A DNA stretch of 63,567 nucleotides from a virus (lineage: Duplodnaviria; Caudoviricetes), in IMG/VR virus record IMGVR_UViG_3300036783_000072, positions 1 to 63,567 of that record. One strand, given 5' to 3'. This document shows, piece after piece, positions 57,234 to 63,567 of this stretch (positions are counted from its first letter, which is position 1; each line of letters starts with the position of its first letter). The notes beneath the pieces are model-generated. The model saw only the letters and a list, made by a program, of their open reading frames with translations. It had not been told where the DNA came from and searched no databases. The translations under genes and the position numbers were made by a program.

Positions 57234-57554
57234 TTGGCGGCTTCATTTATTACCATAAAAAGAACATTAAAGAGAGACGTGAGTACTTCGACCAGAAGAA
57301 GTCGCGTCTTGATAAACTCTTTAAAGGAGAGGATTAACTTGACTCGACTTAAACTGATTCAATCTTTGTTGGGTATTTTCATTGCCCTTCTTTTTGTTTC
57401 TTTGTTATTGTCTATAGATTTGATGTTCACGGATAATTTCTCAAAAGGTTATGTCATATTCCTAATCGGTTCGAACATCTTCTTACTTTCATATTGGATT
57501 CGTATCTTATTACATCTTTTAATGAAGGAGCGTGCGAATAAACATGGAGCCTAA
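57234..57554 (+). CDS. Membrane protein (probable start at TTG ~57339)
   Basis: Two hydrophobic helices; GGAGAGG RBS. Confidence 0.5.
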   Translation: MAASFITIKRTLKRDVSTSTRRSRVLINSLKERINLTRLKLIQSLLGIFIALLFVSLLLSIDLMFTDNFSKGYVIFLIGSNIFLLSYWIRILLHLLMKERANKHGA

Positions 57555-57765
57555 AACACACTGGCACTATTATACGGATGTCGTAGGTGATTGGTATACA
57601 GCTCGAAGAGCATACTTCAAGGTCGAAGTTAATTCGGAAACAAGAAGTGCAGTTAGGGATCCCATAGAAATAGGAGTGGAGGAGTTCACTAATGTCTGGC
57701 AGCAAGCTATTGGAAATACTGGCGCCAAAGCCGAAGGTAACGAAGAGTCTTTCAGGCTTGTATGA
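57532..57765 (+). CDS. Hypothetical protein
   Basis: AAGGAG RBS. Confidence 0.5.
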   Translation: MRINMEPKTHWHYYTDVVGDWYTARRAYFKVEVNSETRSAVRDPIEIGVEEFTNVWQQAIGNTGAKAEGNEESFRLV

Positions 57766-57924
57766 AATGAAAAGGGAATTTGTCGGTGGTTGGCATTTCC
57801 CGTTCTATGCATATTATGCTCGTAATGTTAAGTATACACAGACAGGTGCTAAGGTATTTACCGGTGATTGGTTCAAGATTACGTACAACGAATACATTCA
57901 AAAAAGAATAGGAGTGGATTATTG

Positions 57925-59427
57925 ATGAAAAGAGAAATTATTGTTCGGGCAGTTTCAGAAGCAGCTCAGGTAGGTGACTTTGTTGTCTTTACAGATCCTA
58001 ATCCGGGTCATGGTATTACTAAGGATTGTATCTACGGTCCGATCACAGAGCATCCCGATGATTCCGCGTACCAGGTGGTGGGTGATGGTGGCGAAGCCAA
58101 AGATGTATGGTCTTCAGCTGGCAATAGAACCCCAACAAACACTTGCATTTATTATCCGGTAGCTGTAATACAGTATGAAGCCCTTGCTAAAGAGTTGGCC
58201 AAAAGATCTAACAGTGAGCTGCAACATGGAAAAGGATCTGGATACCCTAGACCGCAAACATTCCATCTATACCTGGATTCAGATCGTCCTGGTGCTATTA
58301 AGCATGGTTTTGCTACGGCTGAGAGCATTCGCGGGCTTTTATCGAAACATAAGGACTTACAAGAAGACCATATTGTACAGTCCGCCTTGGATATGGAAGA
58401 TGCACAGTTAGATCTGCATGTAGCCTTTAAGGATATCTGTAGCTTTGTGGAGGAACAGTCAGAGAGGGATCTTCTCCCTAATAAGACGATTATGGTAGAA
58501 AAGCTGAGTACGCCTAATCATCAGAATATCAAGGTTACTTTGGCTATTGAGTCTGAAGAAATGGAGTTAACTGATAAGGAGAAACGTGCATTACGTAAAC
58601 ACTTTAGTTTAGGTGAAGCTTATGGTTCTAGTCTTGGTGGGTCTGAGTTAGCTGTTTCAGAGGAATCTAAAGGACATATACGTTTTGACCAACATCAGGG
58701 CATAGTTGATCCTTTATATCTTGAACATCCTGTACATGAAGTAGTTAGACATGTACGCCTTGAACAACCTACTTGGCCTCATGATGCAATTGAACATGTA
58801 GGTCCTGCTAAGCTATATGATCCGGCGACGAACGAGGAGATTAAGTTCGAAGGATTTAAACTTCCTAAACAGCAACAAGCGACAGATAGGGCGGCTTTCG
58901 ATAAAGATAAGGACACTAGTGCTTCGCTACCCCACACTGGTACGGAGACGAAACCTGAGAAATATCACTATATGCATCACACTGTAGGTTCCGTAACTAT
59001 TAAGAACGTTCCTTTTCGTGATGCTTCGGTATTTGACACGGTTTCTCATCCGTATATGGACGAAGCGACAAAGAGGAACGTAGATGCAATTATTGCTCAC
59101 TGTAAGGAACGTGGATTCGTAGAATGGGAATTCGGCGAAGGTATAAGATATCTACATCAGAGAGGCATGAACATATTTGTTTCGTCACCAACCAGATTTG
59201 AGGATATAGTGCGTAATGATCGTCATCTACTCTCTGTTCCGTTCGATCTTAAAGGTAAAGGACTTAAGAAGGATCCTTATATCTCGGGACTAGTGAAGGA
59301 TTGCTTTGCTTACATGGAATTGTACAATGTAGTATCTGTAGCATTCCCTAATGCATTAACACACTTAGCTGTATTGCAAGCCGCGCAAATGCAGTTACAC
59401 AAGAACGATGTAGGTACTAAGGAATGA
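57925..59427 (+). CDS. Large hypothetical protein
   Basis: ~500-aa ORF with AGGAG RBS; no family recognised. Confidence 0.65.
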   Translation: MKREIIVRAVSEAAQVGDFVVFTDPNPGHGITKDCIYGPITEHPDDSAYQVVGDGGEAKDVWSSAGNRTPTNTCIYYPVAVIQYEALAKELAKRSNSELQHGKGSGYPRPQTFHLYLDSDRPGAIKHGFATAESIRGLLSKHKDLQEDHIVQSALDMEDAQLDLHVAFKDICSFVEEQSERDLLPNKTIMVEKLSTPNHQNIKVTLAIESEEMELTDKEKRALRKHFSLGEAYGSSLGGSELAVSEESKGHIRFDQHQGIVDPLYLEHPVHEVVRHVRLEQPTWPHDAIEHVGPAKLYDPATNEEIKFEGFKLPKQQQATDRAAFDKDKDTSASLPHTGTETKPEKYHYMHHTVGSVTIKNVPFRDASVFDTVSHPYMDEATKRNVDAIIAHCKERGFVEWEFGEGIRYLHQRGMNIFVSSPTRFEDIVRNDRHLLSVPFDLKGKGLKKDPYISGLVKDCFAYMELYNVVSVAFPNALTHLAVLQAAQMQLHKNDVGTKE

Positions 59428-59687
59428 ACAAAGTATTCCCACAGTTCGAGTCGGCCTATTTCAAAGTCACGTGGAGGGATGAGCTCATTCGTTGGGCTCC
59501 TGCTACTCCCTTAGCCATACGTAATATTAAAGTCGGAGATGTCATACAGTTTGAGTTCCTGCTTAATGCAACGGACTTAAGAAAGAACTTACGCATGACC
59601 AATCATACACAAGGTAATAGCTGTGTCATACCTGCTGGCAACTTCCACAGGATGTTAGCACCATACGATTGGAGAAAGCATTCATAA
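59424..59687 (+). CDS. Hypothetical protein
   Basis: ATGA coupling. Confidence 0.55.
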   Translation: MNKVFPQFESAYFKVTWRDELIRWAPATPLAIRNIKVGDVIQFEFLLNATDLRKNLRMTNHTQGNSCVIPAGNFHRMLAPYDWRKHS

Positions 59688-60060
59688 GGAGGAAAGCAGA
59701 TGGTAGGATATATCAAGAGGAACAAAGCAACGATGTTATTGTACATGCAAGTAGTAGCAATGTGTGTATTAGCAAAGATCATAATGGGTTAGTCAGAACG
59801 GAAGAGGACACCATAACAGACAGATTGTCTCGCGTAGGATCGTACCAGTGGTGGGTATGGTTAGCGGAGCACAGTGTCTAGTTATGGTGTCTTTTATTTA
59901 CATGTCTGCGGGCTTCTTGGTTGTAAGCGCAGCAATAGGTTCTCTATGTTCCTTCAGAGGTCAAGGCTTCTGCACTGCGTGCAATGGCTGGTTAGTTATC
60001 CACCGCGTTAAATTACATACATACAGCAACATGTTTAACAATTGGCTTCTTTGCGTGGTT

Positions 60061-60423
60061 GGTCTTGGTCTTGATATTTTAATATCTTGGTCTTGTGTCT
60101 CCGCTTACTCTAAGTAAGGGGAGATAAGTTTAAGACCATCAAGACCTTCAAGACCAAGAAATTTTAATAAAGTAGGATATAGGTCAGAATCACTACCTAC
60201 TAGTCTCTCCAGAGACAATATGACACAGATAATACCACCGACCCAATAGGGAGTCCCAATATAGTATCTTCTCTATAGGCATGGAGAGACTCTCTCCTAC
60301 ATAAGCCATTATACCGATATGCTTTTCTACTCCCTAGTCTATATATAGAGATCAATAAAAATCGCAGTTGGTCTTGGGTTTTCTGGTCTTTTTGGTCCAA
60401 GAACCCCTTTGTTGGATGGTCTT
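60061..60423. repeat. Cluster of GGTCTT/AAGACC hexamers
   Basis: Nine exact copies, three of them at a 9-bp period (60132, 60141, 60150). Confidence 0.7.
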
Positions 60424-60564
60424 GACAGTAAAAGTGTTTGGTCCAAGGCTCGGGTCTAATAGCTCGTCACAACAACACGGAGCCAGTCAAACAATGGGAG
60501 TTAATCAGTGCGGCACGAGACCAAACCCTCCACAAGCCCCCCCCCCTGGTACGCATCACTTGCA

Positions 60565-60673
60565 GTTGGTATTCAACGCAGTTCGTTTTATGGGCCTCAC
60601 GTTGCTACTCAAGCAGTTTTGTTTTATAGGGCCTCGAGTTGTACTCAATCGCAGGGGTTTTATAAGCCCAACT
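60565..60673 (+). repeat. Three degenerate ~35-bp tandem repeats
   Basis: GTTG(n)TA(C/T)TCAA(n)GCAG..GTTTTA..G.CC units. Confidence 0.65.
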
Positions 60674-60751
60674 GGGAGGCGGAGATGGGCCATCGTTGCT
60701 CGCGGGTCGTCGGGGAAACGGCTAACCGGTTAATCGAACAGACTCCTGAGC

Positions 60752-60780
60752 AAAAAGAAAAGGATTCCTAATGGAATCCC
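60752..60780 (-). terminator. Intrinsic terminator
   Basis: GGATTCC/GGAATCC stem followed by T run on the minus strand. Confidence 0.7.
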
Positions 60781-60999
60781 TTAAACAATTTCCTTGTTTC
60801 GCCAAGCAGTCAATATCTCCTCCGCGTCGATGGAGTCGTAGACGAACCGGATAGTCCTTTCCACATCATCCAACGAAAGTAAATCAGTTTCCACGGAGAC
60901 CCAGAGAAACTGTTCTAGGGTCTGTGCGGGGATACGGTGTTTCGCACACTGATTGTTTGCTCGAGCGTACATTTTCAATAGGTTAGTAGGTTCTACCAT
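60781..60999 (-). CDS. Hypothetical protein
   Basis: GGAGGAGG RBS; TAATG coupling. Confidence 0.6.
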   Translation of the reverse strand: MVEPTNLLKMYARANNQCAKHRIPAQTLEQFLWVSVETDLLSLDDVERTIRFVYDSIDAEEILTAWRNKEIV

Positions 61000-61400
61000 T
61001 ACGCCTCCTCCGTCATTGCTGTTTCCGCTTCCGCTTCACTAACCGGGTTATCAGCTGTATACTTCTTAAGCACGTTATACACGTAGTTATAGTTCGTCTT
61101 AAGTTCCACGCTGATTTCCTTCTTAGTCTTACCTTCTAGATGTAGCTTGATGATTTCTTCCTTCTTACCAGCTTTAACAGTCTTTTCAATTTTAACGTCG
61201 TTCACGACACTGTAGTTACTTATCACGTTATACACGAAGTTATATCGTACTTCCATTGCTTCCGAAATTTGTTTTACTGTTAAACCGGCTTCGAACAATT
61301 GTACCATTCGTGCTGACTTAGATAAATCCTCTTGCGTGATAATTTTAGTGATAGCCACCTGTGATAGTTCTTTGAAAGTTCCTTCGATTTGTTTTTTCAT
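60999..61400 (-). CDS. Protein with two tandem HTH repeats
   Basis: GLTVKQISEAMEVRYNFVYNVI and GKTKKEISVELKTNYNYVYNVL; start at MKKQIE after GGAGG. Confidence 0.7.
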   Translation of the reverse strand: MKKQIEGTFKELSQVAITKIITQEDLSKSARMVQLFEAGLTVKQISEAMEVRYNFVYNVISNYSVVNDVKIEKTVKAGKKEEIIKLHLEGKTKKEISVELKTNYNYVYNVLKKYTADNPVSEAEAETAMTEEA

Positions 61401-61462
61401 GGTTTGTTTTCCTCCAATAATTTTAGTTTTTGGTTTATAGATAATTGGTTTCCTCAATCATC

Positions 61463-61500
61463 CTATAATTAATTATAACACACGTTTTATAAAATGTCCA
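61463..61500 (-). promoter_or_regulatory. Class-A SigA-type promoter
   Basis: TGGACA-N17-TATAAT with extended TG, then TAATTATAG. Confidence 0.75.
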
Positions 61501-61664
61501 CACATATTTGAAATCAATGTATTTTGTTTTATAGGTTTAAACGTTCCACGACTCCCCGTTTCCCCAATTAAACCTTTCATACTGTACCACATTAGTGGCT
61601 GAGCCGGCTAACCTGTTATTGACTAACCGATTCCTTTGCTAAACTGTTTCGCTGGCTACTCGAT

Positions 61665-61754
61665 TCATGCTTTAAACAAAGTTATGCTAGCCATAAAGCA
61701 AATCAAGATAATTAGTACAACAAATAAAATCTTTAACACCACATCCTTGCTCAT
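61665..61754 (-). CDS. 29-aa single-TM peptide (not in ORF track)
   Basis: AAGGAGG RBS; MSKDVVLKILFVVLIILICFMASITLFKA*; class-A-like promoter at 61792-61810. Confidence 0.6.
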   Translation of the reverse strand: MSKDVVLKILFVVLIILICFMASITLFKA

Positions 61755-62174
61755 ACTTGTTCCTCCTTTAAGTGTTTTCTCTTTCTTAACTCTAATATAA
61801 TTATACTACAGATACAGTAATCTCTCTCTGCGGTAAATGGCTTATTTTTAGTAGCTGAGCCAATTCGCCTGTATTGCTCGAGGTTTTGTCTGACTAATCG
61901 ACTAAGCAAAGAATGTGTTACTCACTAAACAACAAAGACAACGTAGTTAAGGTGGTTTATAGGATTACCTAACTAAACGAGTACTTAAACGATCGGTTAC
62001 CCGACGAAATTGCTTCGCTGTCTAATCTATTCATTGGTTACTCGGAGAAACACAAAAGTTGTTGGGTCGTAGGGGAAACAAAGAGTGTGTCCCTGAACAG
62101 AAAGTAAAACACGACAATCTTCCTAGGTACCTACCCCTTATTATGTAGTATAATTAATATATAGAAAAGAGAGG

Positions 62175-62426
62175 ATGATTATTATGGAATTTACACTAAG
62201 AAGTGAATTTGAGGTAAAAATGTTAGTAGAGTTACTTGAGGAAAAAATAGAGATTATTTTCGATGGAAATAGTAATGAGGAAATACTTGAGAATGAAGAG
62301 GTTTACAGTGAATTCTCCTCATATAATAAGATGTTTGATCGTTTAGTAGAGGAAGGTGTCCTACAAGAACCTGAGGGGTTAGGTTGTTTGGTTGGTGGGA
62401 GAAACTTCTGGAAGATTAACCAATAA
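62175..62426 (+). CDS. Acidic early protein
   Basis: Class-A promoter at 62144-62164; GAGG RBS. Confidence 0.65.
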   Translation: MIIMEFTLRSEFEVKMLVELLEEKIEIIFDGNSNEEILENEEVYSEFSSYNKMFDRLVEEGVLQEPEGLGCLVGGRNFWKINQ

Positions 62427-62516
62427 TACACTATCACACGAAACATCTCGAAATAACACGTGAGATGTTTCGTAATGTGTGATATAATTAATATATAGGA
62501 AAGAGGAGGAAACAAT

Positions 62517-62702
62517 ATGGAATTTACTGATAAGGAACTTATGATAGTACTAGAAGCTACAAAATCTAAAATGCTTGAGGTAATAGATGGTCATGAACAT
62601 TATCTCGAGTATAGTTTCGAATATGTAGAGGAAGTAGGTACATTGTATAACCGCTTCTACGACGAAGCCGTGAAACGTGGTTTAAAGGAAGCAGAAGGTT
62701 AG
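62517..62702 (+). CDS. Acidic early protein, similar to 62175..62426
   Basis: Class-A promoter at 62478-62498; both contain MEFT near the start and YN..(F/Y)D..V..G. Confidence 0.65.
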   Translation: MEFTDKELMIVLEATKSKMLEVIDGHEHYLEYSFEYVEEVGTLYNRFYDEAVKRGLKEAEG

Positions 62703-62767
62703 GGCTTATGCTCTAGCTTTTTCTTTTGGCCAAAATAAATAGGGCCCGGGGGAGGGACCCTATCGTG

Positions 62768-63007
62768 TTATTTCCTTGTCTCTTTTGAAGCCAGCCGTGC
62801 AAAGCGTTCTTGGTGTCTTTCTACGACGGTGTCGATCTGGTGCTGACATGTCTCACATACATGTAGAATTGACTTCGTTTCTTCTGGGTCGTCTGACGCA
62901 AAGTCGTTATAACATTTACAGCAATTGTAAATTAGTAACGACTCTACATCTACCTCGAAAAGGTCAAAGCGTCTAGCCTCAGCGGCTGTCATTTTTCTAC
63001 CATTCAT
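62768..63007 (-). CDS. Small Zn-finger protein
   Basis: CCKC..CETC; AGGAGGTG RBS; class-A promoter at 63021-63037. Confidence 0.6.
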   Translation of the reverse strand: MNGRKMTAAEARRFDLFEVDVESLLIYNCCKCYNDFASDDPEETKSILHVCETCQHQIDTVVERHQERFARLASKETRK

Positions 63008-63192
63008 TATCTCACCTCCTAAATTAATTATAGCACATTTAAGAGAAAGTAACACGTGATGAACTTCATGAATGTTGCTGCCCTAAAAAACATGACATTC
63101 TTCATATGGTAGAAACTTCATATACATAGTATAATTAATTATAAGTTAAAAGAGTAACTACCTTTTAATTTAAATAAATTATAGAAAAGAGA

Positions 63193-63429
63193 ATGTATAT
63201 GTTTCCACGAATTGGTTCTTTAGACGGTAAGAAGACAATGTACCTAATTAGTGTGTTTGAACAACAGCTAATGGATTTGATGAGTACACCATACAACCCG
63301 ACAATAGACCATCAACAGTTCATTGACGCAATTTGTTTCTGCGTAGAGTCACTATACGAACTAGGCTGGGTACCTGTCTCCGACGAGTCTATTGAAGCAG
63401 TTTCGTATTATGACATTCTGAAGAAGTAG
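63193..63429 (+). CDS. Hypothetical early protein
   Basis: Class-A promoter at 63127-63145. Confidence 0.55.
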   Translation: MYMFPRIGSLDGKKTMYLISVFEQQLMDLMSTPYNPTIDHQQFIDAICFCVESLYELGWVPVSDESIEAVSYYDILKK

Positions 63430-63440
63430 TTATTTGCAGG

Positions 63441-63567
63441 GGGTCTTTATAAGACTCTCTAGCCCCTTAAACCACCCAAACCCCGTGGACAGCCCAGGGT
63501 AATAGGACAACACCTAATAAGACCTTACATAAAATAGGAGAATATAACCAGGTACTTATTAAGGAAA
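63441..63567. repeat. Terminal direct repeat, identical to 1..127
   Basis: Exact 127-nt match. Confidence 0.95.

Noticed and set aside
598-60553. Dispersed motif as an L5-type stoperator or a codon artefact
   Set aside because: Orientation does not follow transcription, no CI-like repressor was recognised, and copies occur in several frames and in intergenic DNA. Binding by some other protein remains possible.
60565-60673. CRISPR mini-array, given the Cas4-like nuclease
   Set aside because: The repeats are degenerate and adjacent with no unique spacers; the nuclease sits in a typical Sak4/SSB recombination context.
59669-60771. ORFs called across the repeat-rich 59.7-60.8 kb region
   Set aside because: They overlap each other, mostly lack an RBS and have atypical composition; the region is better explained as largely non-coding.
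63441-63567. 127-bp terminal repeat as a biological DTR
   Set aside because: The length equals a standard assembler k-mer and it starts mid-hairpin. It shows circularity or permutation only; reads are needed to find true ends.

Overview
The window is an apparently complete, circularly assembled genome of a tailed phage (~63,440 bp unique; the first 127 nt repeat at the end). It has a siphovirus-type tail, and the sporulation-type genes and Bacillota-style RBSs point to a spore-forming Bacillota host. Layout: rightward packaging, head, tail and lysis genes (1.7-27.5 kb); a leftward arm (27.6-51 kb) with a UDG-like/PolA fusion, a 7-deazaguanine DNA-modification set (folE, queD, queE, queC, dpdA-like), dUTPase, dNMP kinase, a ThyX-fold protein lacking the RHR/Ser signature, SSB, Sak4-like ATPase, PD-(D/E)XK nuclease, SNF2 helicase, GHKL ATPase, RuvC-like resolvase, SigE/SigK-like sigma factor, HNH and a triple-HTH protein; rightward ligase and PrimPol-SF3 helicase; and short single-gene cassettes near the ends, including an alpha/beta-type SASP. 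I found no integrase, tRNA or CRISPR array. The strongest unexplained signal is a 15-nt asymmetric motif, 5'-C(C/A)6-CTGGTACG-3', found 17 times by manual scan on both strands. Its architecture resembles a long, sequence-specific primase initiation site (inference). Two phage promoter classes and several intergenic repeat families are also visible. All functional calls rest on motif recognition by eye; no database searches were run.
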